A DNA stretch of 64,000 nt from an uncultured cyanobacterium (GTDB taxonomy: Bacteria > Cyanobacteriota > Cyanobacteriia > PCC-9006 > JAAUQQ01), in the NCBI GenBank assembly GCA_963718615.1, contig OY970368.1, forward strand, positions 5,728,001 to 5,792,000. Reading direction: 5' to 3'. Every line of letters starts with the position of its first letter. Positions within the stretch are counted from its first letter, which is position 1. Under the pieces are notes generated by a model. That model was not told where the DNA came from. It saw nothing but the letters and a program-made list of their open reading frames with translations, and searched no databases. Below are positions 29,984-40,538 of this stretch, in pieces. The position numbers and the translations under genes are program-made.

Positions 29984-30937
29984 ATGATAGCGCCATCAAA
30001 AAAAATTCCCGTCTCGGTCCTCATTCCCGCTAAAAACGAAGAACAAAACCTACCGGCTTGTTTGGCAAGCGTCAGTCGGGCCGACGAAATCTTCGTGGTG
30101 GATTCCCAGAGTGACGACCGTTCCGTGGAAATTGCCGAGCGTTATGGCGCGAAGGTGGAGCAATTTCATTTCAACGGCACTTGGCCCAAGAAGAAGAATT
30201 GGGGGTTAGAAAATCTTCCCTTCCGCAATCAGTGGGTTTTGATCGTCGACTGCGATGAGCGGATCACCGATGAGCTTTGGGATGAAATTGCAGAATCCAT
30301 CCAAAACGAAGATTTCGATGGCTATTACCTGAACCGCCGCGTGTTTTTCCTGGGCAAGTGGGTTCGCCACGGGGGCAAATATCCCGACTGGAACCTGCGC
30401 CTGTTTCAGCATGCCAAGGGCCGTTACGAGGATCTGAAAACCGGTGAAATCCAGAACACGGGCGATAATGAAGTCCACGAGCATGTGGTCCTAGCGGGCA
30501 AGGTCGGCTATCTCCAAAACGACATGATGCACGAGGACTACCGGGACATGTTCCACTGGCTGGCCCGCCACAACCGCTATTCCAACTGGGAAGCCAAGGT
30601 GTATCTCAATCTGCTGGAAGGCAAGGGCGACGACGGTACCATCGGCGCGAATCTGTTTGGCGATTCGGTGCAGCGAAAGCGGTTTCTGAAGAAAATTTGG
30701 GTGCGCTTGCCCTTCAAGCCGACGCTGCGGTTTATCCTGGCTTATTTTCTGCGCTTAGGGTTTCTCGACGGTTTTGCGGGTTACACCTACGCACGGCTGC
30801 TCAGCCAGTATGAATATCAAATTGGCGTCAAGCTCTACGAACTGCGGCAAATGGGCGGCTCGCTGAATAACAGCCAGACGGTGGAAGCCAACCAAGCGGC
30901 GAAGCTGAGTACGACCAAAACCGTTGCCGTTTCCTAG
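29984..30937 (+). CDS. Family 2 glycosyltransferase
   Basis: SVLIPAKNEE, VVDSQSDD, DCDE (DxD) and VHEH. Confidence 0.9.
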   Translation: MIAPSKKIPVSVLIPAKNEEQNLPACLASVSRADEIFVVDSQSDDRSVEIAERYGAKVEQFHFNGTWPKKKNWGLENLPFRNQWVLIVDCDERITDELWDEIAESIQNEDFDGYYLNRRVFFLGKWVRHGGKYPDWNLRLFQHAKGRYEDLKTGEIQNTGDNEVHEHVVLAGKVGYLQNDMMHEDYRDMFHWLARHNRYSNWEAKVYLNLLEGKGDDGTIGANLFGDSVQRKRFLKKIWVRLPFKPTLRFILAYFLRLGFLDGFAGYTYARLLSQYEYQIGVKLYELRQMGGSLNNSQTVEANQAAKLSTTKTVAVS

Positions 30938-30946
30938 GAGGTCAAC

Positions 30947-31597
30947 GTGGTGAATCTTTGCGATCGCTCCCCAGCGCCCCCTCCAGCCAATCTAAGTGCT
31001 TCTGAATCCGATCCCTTTCAATCCCATTCCTGGACGGATCTGGGTCGCTATGATCAATCCCATTTCGATCGCGGGCGGCCCAGTTGGTTCATTCTCATTT
31101 GGTGGTTGGTGCAGGCGATCGCCTTTCCCCTCAGCCCCCATTTTGCCAATGATTTTCGTGCCCGTCTGCTGCGGCTGTTTGGCGCAAGCATCGGTAAACA
31201 GGTGATCATTCGCCCCACGGCTCGATTTACCTATCCTTGGAAAGTGGTCATGGGGGACCACTGCTGGATTGGCGATGATGTCGTGTTCTATAGCTTTGAG
31301 CAAATCCGCCTGGGCAATCACTGTGTGGTTTCCCAAAGGAGCTATCTCTGTACCGGGAGCCACGATGTTACTGATCCCACGTTTAAGCTGACCACTGCCC
31401 CTATCCAAATCGGCAATGGGGCTTGGGTGGCGACGGATTGCTTTGTGGCACCGGGGGTAACCATCGGGGCGAATGCGGTGGTCGGGGCTCGCAGCAATGT
31501 GTTTCGGGATTTGCCTGAGGGGTTTGTTTGTGTGGGGAGTCCCTGTAAGCCGGTGCGGCGGCGGGTGATGGGGAATGGGGTGATGGGGAATGGGTGA
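30947..31597 (+). CDS. WcaF/HpsU-like hexapeptide-repeat acetyltransferase
   Basis: Left-handed beta-helix repeats, LCTGSHD and G.P.K; GGAGG SD; directly follows the GT2 gene. Confidence 0.88.
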   Translation: MVNLCDRSPAPPPANLSASESDPFQSHSWTDLGRYDQSHFDRGRPSWFILIWWLVQAIAFPLSPHFANDFRARLLRLFGASIGKQVIIRPTARFTYPWKVVMGDHCWIGDDVVFYSFEQIRLGNHCVVSQRSYLCTGSHDVTDPTFKLTTAPIQIGNGAWVATDCFVAPGVTIGANAVVGARSNVFRDLPEGFVCVGSPCKPVRRRVMGNGVMGNG

Positions 31598-31757
31598 TGG
31601 GGTGGGAAACGCAGGACTGTTTCGGTCTGTAAATTTTTCTGTGAACCTTTTTTGCAATTGGTCTTAAGCGATCGCTAAGGCTCACCCGGCTTTGGCTTTC
31701 CTGCGCCATACTGAAGGCTAATTTCTTAATCGCTTCACAATCACGGTGCGGGTTCCC

Positions 31758-33239
31758 ATGATTACGCTTACCCAAACGCCCCAGACTCCGCTTACGGTGA
31801 TGGAGCGCTGTCTGATCGGTGGCAAGGTAGATGCAGCTAAGGCGGGTGAAACCGTGTTGGTTGCGGTGGATGACAATCCTATTATTGCCACCTCACGGGT
31901 GCGGTCAGACGGTAGCTGGACTGTACAGATGCTGTTTCAGCAACCCGGTGCGCAGCAGATCAAAATCATGATTGGCTCGGAGAGCTTACCGTTGCCGCTG
32001 ACGGTGATGCCCAGGGCCGGGGCCGGGGGGGGCGATGAGATGATGGGCCAGGCTCCTCTGCGCAATGGCCATCGCCAGACCAGTCCGCCGGTGTATTTGA
32101 CGACTCACTCGGGGGGACGGGAGGGCAGTGAGGCTTGGCGCGATCGCGCCTTACCGGCTCTGACCCGCCCCGAGCAAACCTTGGCTGATCTGGTGCGGCA
32201 AGCGTTTGATCGGGATTACTCGGATGTCCATTTGGGGGTGGGCCGTGTGCCTCACTTCCGCGCCAATGGCCGCATCATTACGACGGAATATCGCCCAACC
32301 GATGAGGCTACGTTCTATAGCTGGTTGCGGGAAATTCTGAGCGAAACCCAAATTTTTGAATTTTTGGATACCCTCGACTATGACGGTGCGGCTCAGTATG
32401 ACTTTGTACGGGTTCGGATCAATCTGTTTATGTCGATTAAGGGGCCGTCGATGGTGCTCCGGCTGATTCCCATGGAGCCCCCCTTGCTGGCGCGGCTAGG
32501 ATTCCCCCAGATTTTTTATGATATTTGCCATTATCCCCAGGGTTTGGTTTTGGTGACGGGACCGACGGGATGTGGTAAATCGACGACGCTAGCGGCATTG
32601 GTCAACGAAATTAACAACACGCTGCCCCGCCACGTGGTGACCATTGAAGACCCGATTGAATTTGTCCATCGTGAAGATCGACTGTCGATTATTAGCCAGC
32701 GGGAAGTAGGCATTCATACGAAGCAGTTTGACCGGGCGCTCAAGGCGGCGTTGCGGGAGGATCCGGATGTGATTCTGATTGGGGAAATGCGCGATCGCGA
32801 GACCGTCAGCACAGCCCTCAAGGCGGCTCAAACGGGACACTTGGTATTTGGCACATTGCACACCAACAGCGCCGTCAAAACCCTAGAGCGGATTATGGAT
32901 TTGTTTGAGCCCGATGAGCGCGAATCGATGCGGGCGGAAATGGCGGAGGCTCTCGCTGCCATTATTGCCCAGGCGTTGGTTCCGACGACGGATGGTAAAC
33001 GGACGGCGGTGACGGAAATTCTCATCAACACCGATACGGTGAAGGATTTTATTCGTCGGGATGAGGTGGATGAAATTGAAGCGCAGCTCCGGGATGGCTC
33101 CTACTATGGCATGACGACCCGCAATCAGGCGATTTTCAAGCTGTACGAACAGGGATTGATCACGGAAGAAACTGCGTTGGAAACCTCGCTGCGGCGGGGC
33201 GAAATGGCGATTTTGCTGCGGGGTGGCCACGCTGTTTAG
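31758..33239 (+). CDS. pilT: PilT/PilU-family retraction ATPase with N-terminal extension
   Basis: SDVHL, GPTGCGKST, TIEDPIE, LREDPDVILIGEMRD and GHLVFGTLHT. About 140 extra N-terminal residues. Confidence 0.88.
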   Translation: MITLTQTPQTPLTVMERCLIGGKVDAAKAGETVLVAVDDNPIIATSRVRSDGSWTVQMLFQQPGAQQIKIMIGSESLPLPLTVMPRAGAGGGDEMMGQAPLRNGHRQTSPPVYLTTHSGGREGSEAWRDRALPALTRPEQTLADLVRQAFDRDYSDVHLGVGRVPHFRANGRIITTEYRPTDEATFYSWLREILSETQIFEFLDTLDYDGAAQYDFVRVRINLFMSIKGPSMVLRLIPMEPPLLARLGFPQIFYDICHYPQGLVLVTGPTGCGKSTTLAALVNEINNTLPRHVVTIEDPIEFVHREDRLSIISQREVGIHTKQFDRALKAALREDPDVILIGEMRDRETVSTALKAAQTGHLVFGTLHTNSAVKTLERIMDLFEPDERESMRAEMAEALAAIIAQALVPTTDGKRTAVTEILINTDTVKDFIRRDEVDEIEAQLRDGSYYGMTTRNQAIFKLYEQGLITEETALETSLRRGEMAILLRGGHAV

Positions 33240-33280
33240 TACGGTGCCATTGTAATATTGCATATTCAACTGATGGGAGG

Positions 33281-33340
33281 CCAAGGCATTGGGTTTCGTG
33301 CCTCAACTCAACCTACGCAGGTTATTCAATTCACGCTCCT
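33281..33340. repeat. REP-like dispersed repeat, copy 1
   Basis: 53/60 identical to 58127-58186; TTGGGTT...AAC(T/C)CAA hairpin followed by CCTAC (GTAGG on the minus strand). Confidence 0.8.
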
Positions 33341-33532
33341 AATTGTCAGGTCATGGGTCAGCTCAGGTCATGGGTCAGCTCAGGTCATGGTGAGTTGAAG
33401 TAATTACCTTTGTGAAGCAATAAACGATATTGCAGCCAAGGCTGATGAATCTTCCTCTGGACATCCTTCGTCCGGCTTGATGGATGTTCTCCATTGCCGT
33501 TGATCTGGCCCACTGATTCAAGGCCGTTTCCC

Positions 33533-34375
33533 ATGAAGAAAATTGCTTTCGTTGCGATCGCCATGGCCATCGGCCTACTCAACACGGCCTGTTCCAGTCG
33601 TTCTACTGTTTCCACTCCAGCCCAGCCTACGCCAGTTGCAAATGCAGCGCCGGTTAATACAGCACCGGTTAATGCAGCACCCGTTGGAGAAGGGGCGATC
33701 GCTGCTCCAGTACAAGCCGTTCCAGTACAAGCCGTTCCAGTGCAAGCCGTTCCAGCCCCGGTGGCTTTTGTGGCTCCGGTGCAAGCTGCTGCGGCTCCGG
33801 TGGCTGCTTCCCCAGCCGCTCCAATGATGACCCATGAAAATTCCTACTTTGTCAAAACGAATGATGGTAGTCCGCTGAATGTTCGGGCAAGCAATTCTGC
33901 CCAGTCCCGTGTGATTGGTTCGATTCCCCAGGGAACTCAGGTGCTGATGCATCTGAGCGATCGCGACGGTAGCTGGTTCGAGGTTTCCGCAGCGGGCAAT
34001 ATCCGGGGTTGGGTTTCCGCAGCTTATCTGGTAGACCCTCAGGGCCAGCGCGCCTGGACAGGTCCAGCCCCCCAGACCGTTGCCGCTCAGCCTGCCCCCT
34101 CTCCCGTTCAAGAACCTGGAGATGATCCCTTTGCACAGGCAGCGTTTAATCGCGCCCACGCGCCCGGTGCTTCAGGACCTCAGTATCGGGTCCAAACCAT
34201 GGATGGAGATCCGCTCAACATGCGGGTCAGTCCTCAGTTAGGAACCCAGGTCGTTCGGGCGCTCCCTAATGGAACTACAGTGACTTATCTTGATACGGTG
34301 GGCCAATGGACCCAGGTCATGAGCCCGGATGGCTCGGTGGGGTATGTTGCCAGCGACTACCTGGTCCAGCGATAA
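33533..34375 (+). CDS. Probable lipoprotein with two SH3b-like domains
   Basis: MKK + hydrophobic stretch + NTAC; PVQAV/PVNAA repeats; two PLN(V/M)R...W..V...G(W/Y)V...YL domains. Confidence 0.85.
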   Translation: MKKIAFVAIAMAIGLLNTACSSRSTVSTPAQPTPVANAAPVNTAPVNAAPVGEGAIAAPVQAVPVQAVPVQAVPAPVAFVAPVQAAAAPVAASPAAPMMTHENSYFVKTNDGSPLNVRASNSAQSRVIGSIPQGTQVLMHLSDRDGSWFEVSAAGNIRGWVSAAYLVDPQGQRAWTGPAPQTVAAQPAPSPVQEPGDDPFAQAAFNRAHAPGASGPQYRVQTMDGDPLNMRVSPQLGTQVVRALPNGTTVTYLDTVGQWTQVMSPDGSVGYVASDYLVQR

Positions 34376-34438
34376 AGTCAGGATACAGGCAATAAAATTC
34401 ACCCCAGAGTTCATCCCAGAATTCACCCCAGAAAATCA

Positions 34439-36130
34439 CTAGCCCTCAGCCAACAATCGGGATCGGCACAGATAACGCTTATAGCGATACCCCGGCACTT
34501 TGCCGCGATAGACCGGCTCTCCAGCACAACCGATCGCCCCAAAGTCCAGATTGGCTGCCCAGTTGACTAACCACAGGTCAAAGGGCTGGGGCATCGTCAC
34601 CAAAGCCCTTTGAAAAACCGCCGTCGTCAAATTGCTCACGGGCTCACGCTGGGCCAAAAGAAACCGAGGCTCCGGCTCCGGCGGATGCCCAGGATTCCGC
34701 TGCCATTCATAGGCCAAACTCATTATCTCCCCGGTTTGCTCATGGGTTTTATAGACCGTCGCGATCAGCAGCGGTGGCATGGGGCTGGTTTGACGATATT
34801 GGGCCTGAATGTCCTGAACCACTAGGTCCGATCGATCCGGTTTGCCATAGGCCAGCCCCTGGGCGATCGCCCCACTCCCCACCAATCCCAAAACCAACAC
34901 AATCGACAAGACCCGTTGCCGTTGCCCAGCTTTCAGGGAATCAAGGGCGATCGCCAACCCCAACCCCACCACCGGCAGCAAACTAAACAAATACCGTGCC
35001 CCCAGCGTCAGATCCCGCTGGAATCCATAGGTCGCAATCAGGATCCACCCCAGCTCCGCCCCTAACAACGTTACTAATCCCCACAAAACCGAGCGATGAA
35101 CCGTTCTTTGCTGAGTGGGCAACTGAGTGGGTCGCTGAGTGGGTCGCTGAGTGCGCACCAGTTGCCACCCGGCCCACCCCAGAAGTCCGAATAGGACTAG
35201 ACTTGAGGCGATCGCCATCCCCACCGACCCCTCCACCAGGGGCATGGCTACCATCGTCACCAGCCACGCCATCAGTCGGCCTATCGGCGCAAGCTGTTCG
35301 ACCAGAGACAAATCCTGCTTATGGACCCAATCCGTGAGGCGATCGCCCGGAATCTGGGCCAATACCACCAGCCAGGGCAACGTCAACAGCAACGTTCCCG
35401 CCGCCGCAAGATAAATCGCTCGCCCTAAACGAATCCGCTGGAACAGCCCAGCCCCAGCCAACACCGTCGCCTCCGCCAACAGCAGCAGGCCCACAAAAAA
35501 ATGGGTCGCGAATCCTAAGCCATTGGCGATCGCCCAAACCATCCCTAGCCCAACCGCTTGGCCCGAATTCTTGCCCCCCTCCGTCCGAATGAACCGCAAA
35601 AAACAAGCCAGCGATCCCATGCCCAAGAGCATCGCCAACGTATAGTGCCGCGCATCCTGGGCCAAATAGACCCCAAAGGGAGACACCGCCATCAGTGCCG
35701 CCGCTGTCTGGGCAATCCAGCGGGACCGGGTCGTGGCCCAAGCCAGGCCATAGGCCACCGGAATCGTCAAGACGCCAAACAGGACACTGAGCGATCGCGC
35801 CACCCCCAAATCAATCAACGTCCCCGATCGCTGCCAGAGATTAATCCAGAAATGAGACAGGACAAAATAAAGCGGCGGATGGGTACTCTCGGTCATCAAA
35901 TGCCGAATCCCATCCGCCCAGCTAGCCCCGTCCCGGTGGGCTGGGGCCAAGAGCTGATCGATCGTGAGGAGTTGGTCGAGGGCGATCGCTCGAAAGCTAT
36001 GACCCAAACTAAACACAATCGTGGCCCACTCATCGCCCCAGGCGGGCTTGGCATCCAAATGGAAAAACCGTAGGCCCAAACCAATGAGGATCCAGGCGAG
36101 CAGGATCCCGTTGAGGGGGGGCGATCGCAT
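34439..36130 (-). CDS. GT-C membrane glycosyltransferase (PMT/GT39-like)
   Basis: WGDE, HPPLYF and QDARHY motifs; many TM helices. Confidence 0.85.
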   Translation of the reverse strand: MRSPPLNGILLAWILIGLGLRFFHLDAKPAWGDEWATIVFSLGHSFRAIALDQLLTIDQLLAPAHRDGASWADGIRHLMTESTHPPLYFVLSHFWINLWQRSGTLIDLGVARSLSVLFGVLTIPVAYGLAWATTRSRWIAQTAAALMAVSPFGVYLAQDARHYTLAMLLGMGSLACFLRFIRTEGGKNSGQAVGLGMVWAIANGLGFATHFFVGLLLLAEATVLAGAGLFQRIRLGRAIYLAAAGTLLLTLPWLVVLAQIPGDRLTDWVHKQDLSLVEQLAPIGRLMAWLVTMVAMPLVEGSVGMAIASSLVLFGLLGWAGWQLVRTQRPTQRPTQLPTQQRTVHRSVLWGLVTLLGAELGWILIATYGFQRDLTLGARYLFSLLPVVGLGLAIALDSLKAGQRQRVLSIVLVLGLVGSGAIAQGLAYGKPDRSDLVVQDIQAQYRQTSPMPPLLIATVYKTHEQTGEIMSLAYEWQRNPGHPPEPEPRFLLAQREPVSNLTTAVFQRALVTMPQPFDLWLVNWAANLDFGAIGCAGEPVYRGKVPGYRYKRYLCRSRLLAEG

Positions 36131-36162
36131 ACTCAAAGCGTCCTACTACAGCAAGCGTCCTA

Positions 36163-37746
36163 CTACAGCGGACGATAGACCCGATAGTTAATATTCGGGA
36201 AGATATTGTCGATCAGCTCAACCTTCTCCAGCCAGCCGGAATCGAGTTTGCCGATCAAAATATCGTCGTAGATCTTGTTGAACCGCTGCACATGGGAGCG
36301 AGTCCGACGCACCGCGTAGGGCACCATCGTTCCCGTTCGCATAATAAACGCCCAGTCCGACGACTGCGCCAGTAACAGCTCCCGCGCCGCCTGATTCAGC
36401 GCCCGCCATTCCAGCTCATCCACCGGCTCCCGCTTGCTCAGCTCGATCATCCGCTCCGCCGCTTTGTGCAGGTGCGGGTAAACCCAGGAATTGGTTTCAT
36501 TCAGCCAATATTCGTGGAAGCCCTTGTAGCCCCAGCTCGACTGGGAAGGCCGCGCCACCTGCTGGGTGGGCTCCTTCTGCAAATACTCCGCCAGGTGCGT
36601 CATTTCAAACGTCCCTTGGTCGTACCAGGACTTGCGGAAGAAGTAGTCGATAAACCAGGGACCCTCATACCACCAGTGGCCAAACAGCTCGGCGTCGTAG
36701 GGCGAAACCACCAGGGGAGGCCGCTGCATCACATAGTTGAGGTGCTCCACCTGGCGTTGGCGGTTGTGCATGAAATCACCGGCATGGTCTGCCGCCTTTT
36801 CCTTCGCCCAGTAGGGGTCATACAGGGCTTTCTCGCCGCCATCTTTGCTGGTGATTTTGTGATATTTAATTCCTGTGTTCTTGCGCTGCCCATTGGGCAT
36901 GATGTAGGGCTTGATGTACTCGTATTCCGCGTCCCAGCCCAAGTCTTTATAGAACTCGCGGTATTCCGGGGCACCGGGATAGCCCACCTTCGAGGACCAA
37001 ACCTGCTGGGAAGACTCATGATCTCGCCCAAAGGCTGCCACACCGGCTTCCGTAAAGATGGGGGCGTAGGAGCCAAACCGAGGACGGGGCTTGGCATAGA
37101 GAATGCCATGGCCATCCGTGAGGAAATATCGCAGCCCTGCGTCCGCCAGCATCCGCTCAACGCCGTTGTAATAGGCGCATTCCGGTAGCCAAATGCCCTT
37201 GGGGGGGCGACCAAAGTTTTCCTCATAGCTCTCGCAGGCCACCTGCACCTGCGCCCAGACGGCCTGGGGATACATTTGCATCAGCGGCAGATAGCCGTGG
37301 GTGGCTCCGCAGGTGATGATTTCCAGGTTGCCGCTGTCGAGGAATTGTTTGAAGGCTTTGATAAGGTCGCGATCGTACCGCTCCCAGGTCTTTTTAACTT
37401 CTGTGAATTCCTTGACGTAGTACTCGGCCAAATACTTGATGTGGCCGTTGAACTCGTTATGGACAACCTCCTTCTCAGCCAGCTCAAGCAACTGCCCCAA
37501 GTGATGGTCGAAGCGATCCTGGAGCAGCTCATCCCGAAGCATGGACACCAAGGGCGGCGTCATGCTCATGGTGATTTTGAAGTCAATCCCGTCCCGCTTT
37601 AAGCCTTCAAAGACATGTAAGAGCGGGATATAGGTTTCAATAATTGCTTCGTGCAGCCATTCTTCCTCTAGGACATAGTCACTTTCTGGATGGCGAACAA
37701 AGGGTAAGTGCGCGTGAAGAACAAGGGCAACGTAGCCTAGACTCAT
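36163..37746 (-). CDS. GH57 1,4-alpha-glucan branching enzyme (DUF1957)
   Basis: LHAHLPFV, WLPECAY, YDAELFGHWWYEG and AQSSDW. Confidence 0.93.
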   Translation of the reverse strand: MSLGYVALVLHAHLPFVRHPESDYVLEEEWLHEAIIETYIPLLHVFEGLKRDGIDFKITMSMTPPLVSMLRDELLQDRFDHHLGQLLELAEKEVVHNEFNGHIKYLAEYYVKEFTEVKKTWERYDRDLIKAFKQFLDSGNLEIITCGATHGYLPLMQMYPQAVWAQVQVACESYEENFGRPPKGIWLPECAYYNGVERMLADAGLRYFLTDGHGILYAKPRPRFGSYAPIFTEAGVAAFGRDHESSQQVWSSKVGYPGAPEYREFYKDLGWDAEYEYIKPYIMPNGQRKNTGIKYHKITSKDGGEKALYDPYWAKEKAADHAGDFMHNRQRQVEHLNYVMQRPPLVVSPYDAELFGHWWYEGPWFIDYFFRKSWYDQGTFEMTHLAEYLQKEPTQQVARPSQSSWGYKGFHEYWLNETNSWVYPHLHKAAERMIELSKREPVDELEWRALNQAARELLLAQSSDWAFIMRTGTMVPYAVRRTRSHVQRFNKIYDDILIGKLDSGWLEKVELIDNIFPNINYRVYRPL

Positions 37747-38362
37747 AAGATTCCCACCTGCGGCACAGCGTCTGATAGCTCAAAACCGAATTTTCTCTCG
37801 ATCTCAGCCTCAACTAAAGCTGTTTGGAGCCAGACAGCGCCTTGGAAAGGCACTCGGCTTTCGGATAACTACAGTTGCGATGATCCCGAGTGAGTTTCAA
37901 GCATTGTAAAGCAAAAAAACCGGGCTTTCCTCATGATCCTGGCTCAGGCAAGGGGGTAAAACTGTCCGTGGAGATCAAAACCTACCTTCGGGAGAGAGTC
38001 CCCTTCACGAGAATCTTGGCTTAAGTCTATTGCGTGTTTCTATTGCGTGTTTCCAAAAAATTGCAGACACAACTTTTCTGAGTCTGTTGATTGACGGGTC
38101 TGGGTCAAGCAGGCGAGGGATTCTGCTGGTTTCTGTGCCAGTTTTTTGCCAGTTTTTTGCCAGTTTTTGGGCAAGATCTGGGGAAAGGTTCTTGGGGAAG
38201 GCGTTGGCGATCGCCCCCGTCTGGGCACAATCAAGAGGTGATTTCGCAGCAAAAAGTTGTCCAAAAGTTTGTATTCAAACCTTTGATTCTACTTCTTTTT
38301 TACGCCGTTTTGGCCTGCGATCCGGAACAAATTTTCCAACCCGTTTGCGATCGACAGACACC

Positions 38363-39604
38363 ATGGCAGCAGCATTTGGCCAAGCATCTTCCCCAGCGCC
38401 AGCCTCTTCCCGAGAGCGAGAAGGGTATTCCGTGAATGCTCTGGCGGCTAAGATTCAGAAAAGAATTCAGGAGCAGGTGAATGGCCAACTGGTCCTCCAG
38501 GCCGCCGACGGGACAACTTGGAACCTTTACTTTCGGGTGGGTCGCTTGTTTTGGGCGAGTGGCGGTAAGCATGCCTGCCGCCGCTGGCGACGACTGCTCA
38601 GGCAATATGGTCGGCTCAATGCAGAAACCTTGCAGATTCGCGATCGCGAAAAATCCCCCGTTCCGGAGCACCGGCTGTTAAATATTCTGATCAAGCGACA
38701 AAAAATCAGCCGCCAGGATGCCAGCACTCTGATTGAGCAAAATATTCTGGACATTCTGTTTGATATTTTGCAGGCTTCGACCCAGATCCGGCAAATTTCC
38801 GCTGTGGGGGATGCCTTGGCTACTCAGGAGGAGCCCATCGCTATCCTTAGTACCGCTGAGCTGGTGCGCCAAGCCCAGGAATTACTCAAAGGATGGTTCA
38901 ATCTGGGGCTCATGGTCTACTCGCCAGACTTGGCCCCCCGCATTCTCGATCCGGAGGCCCTTAAAACCCAGGTTTCCCCGAAGCTAGCCCAGGCGTTAAG
39001 CGGTTTAGCCACGGGTAAAGCATCGATTCGGGAGCTGGCCATCATCACCCGCCAGACCCCCCTGGCTCTAGGCAATTTATTGGGTCCTCCAGCTCAGAAA
39101 AATTTGCTGGAATTTATTGAAATTCCGGATATTCCCAATCCCTACAACAAAAATAAGGCGATCGCAGAAAACGACTCGGGGAGCGCCAGGGCGGTTAAGC
39201 TCCTCAAGGATGCTCCGACGATCCTTTGTGTCGACGACAGTGCCCAAATCGCCTACATCCTGGAGCAAATTTTGCAGCCTGCGGGCTATCGGTTTGTCAG
39301 CGTTCAGGAGTCCGTGGAAGCGCTCTCGGCTATTTTGAAGCACAAGCCCGATTTAATTTTCCTGGATTTATTGATGCCCCTGGTCTACGGCAACGAAATT
39401 TGCACCCAGCTACGGCGGGCTCCCAGCTTTCGCGATACGCCAGTGATCATGCTGTCTAGTAATGCGCGCATGCTCGATCGCATCCAGGCCAAGGGAGCGG
39501 GGGCCACGGATTTTATGGCCAAGCCTTTGGAGCCTGCCAAGGTTTTGACGATGGTGCGTCGCTATTTGGGAGAACTGCCTGCCTTGTCTGCGGAGATGGC
39601 ATAA
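38363..39604 (+). CDS. PatA-family response regulator (PATAN/DUF4388 + REC)
   Basis: GQLVL...WNLYFRVGRLFWASGG.H..RRWRR N-domain; REC with VDDS, FLDLLMP and KP. Start at ATG MAAAF (the track gives 38030). Confidence 0.87.
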   Translation: MAAAFGQASSPAPASSREREGYSVNALAAKIQKRIQEQVNGQLVLQAADGTTWNLYFRVGRLFWASGGKHACRRWRRLLRQYGRLNAETLQIRDREKSPVPEHRLLNILIKRQKISRQDASTLIEQNILDILFDILQASTQIRQISAVGDALATQEEPIAILSTAELVRQAQELLKGWFNLGLMVYSPDLAPRILDPEALKTQVSPKLAQALSGLATGKASIRELAIITRQTPLALGNLLGPPAQKNLLEFIEIPDIPNPYNKNKAIAENDSGSARAVKLLKDAPTILCVDDSAQIAYILEQILQPAGYRFVSVQESVEALSAILKHKPDLIFLDLLMPLVYGNEICTQLRRAPSFRDTPVIMLSSNARMLDRIQAKGAGATDFMAKPLEPAKVLTMVRRYLGELPALSAEMA

Positions 39605-39646
39605 CTTAACGGGGGACTAGAAACGGGGGGACTAGAAACGGGGGGA

Positions 39647-39991
39647 CTAGAAGCGAGACACTTTGGTAGCCAGCCACTTGGTGATGAGCTGGGGGCAATT
39701 TTTTTTAAACCAGCGCCAGGCGATGATGCGGAAGACGGGTTTGGACGTACGGGCGATCGCCTTCGCCAGCCGATTGGCCATGGGCCAATGCACTTTGCGA
39801 TTGGCAAGATTTACGGAACCCACATCGTAGAGACAATCGATAATCAGCTTAATCGTTATTTCTTCTTGCAGGAAAAGGTTTTCCAGCAAAATGCTGACAT
39901 CTCGCATCCGTTCCTGCTCGCGCTTAATCTCCTCAGGAGTTTTGGTGATTTCCGCCGTTCGCTGGGCGTTCACCTGAATCGCATTCGTCAT
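39647..39991 (-). CDS. Hypothetical protein
   Basis: 114-aa ORF with plausible composition (CLYDVGSVN, WRWFKKNCP). Confidence 0.75.
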   Translation of the reverse strand: MTNAIQVNAQRTAEITKTPEEIKREQERMRDVSILLENLFLQEEITIKLIIDCLYDVGSVNLANRKVHWPMANRLAKAIARTSKPVFRIIAWRWFKKNCPQLITKWLATKVSRF

Positions 39992-40252
39992 CGAAGATCT
40001 CTAGATGGCTCTCCCTATTATGGCGGACGCTTACTGGGGATCATGTTCTTTGGGGGTGTTTTTCCATCGATTCACGGACTCTTTACAAGGGACGATCTCT
40101 TTTCTCACGAAGGGGACCTTGGAAGAATTCCCGAGCCGCTATACTACCTAGTATTGATATGCAGTAGGTTGTCGTTGAGGGGCTTCGGCTCCTCAACTTT
40201 TATTTTTTGGGTATTTTTGTAGATATGTTGTAGATATTTTTTAGGGAAGGAC

Positions 40253-40513
40253 ATGGAAGCGCCGTCCATTGCCGTCACGGTCAAGTTGTTTGCGGCCTAT
40301 CAAGAGGTTTGTGGGGTGTCTGAGCTGCAATTGCAGGTGCAGCAGGGGGAGCCTGTGGGGGGAGTTCGCGATCGCCTCCTGGCCCAACATCCCGAGCTCG
40401 AACGCTGGCGCGAGGTCACCCGATTTGGGGTTAATCTTGAATTTGTCGACCCTGCCACACCCCTCCAAGACGGGGATGAAGTCGTGTTGATCCCGCCGGT
40501 CAGTGGTGGTTAG
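40253..40513 (+). CDS. moaD: Molybdopterin synthase sulfur carrier subunit
   Basis: VKLFA N-terminus and DGDEVVLIPPVSGG C-terminal Gly-Gly. Confidence 0.92.
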   Translation: MEAPSIAVTVKLFAAYQEVCGVSELQLQVQQGEPVGGVRDRLLAQHPELERWREVTRFGVNLEFVDPATPLQDGDEVVLIPPVSGG

Positions 40514-40538
40514 CGTATCCATTCCCAATAAAACCTCT

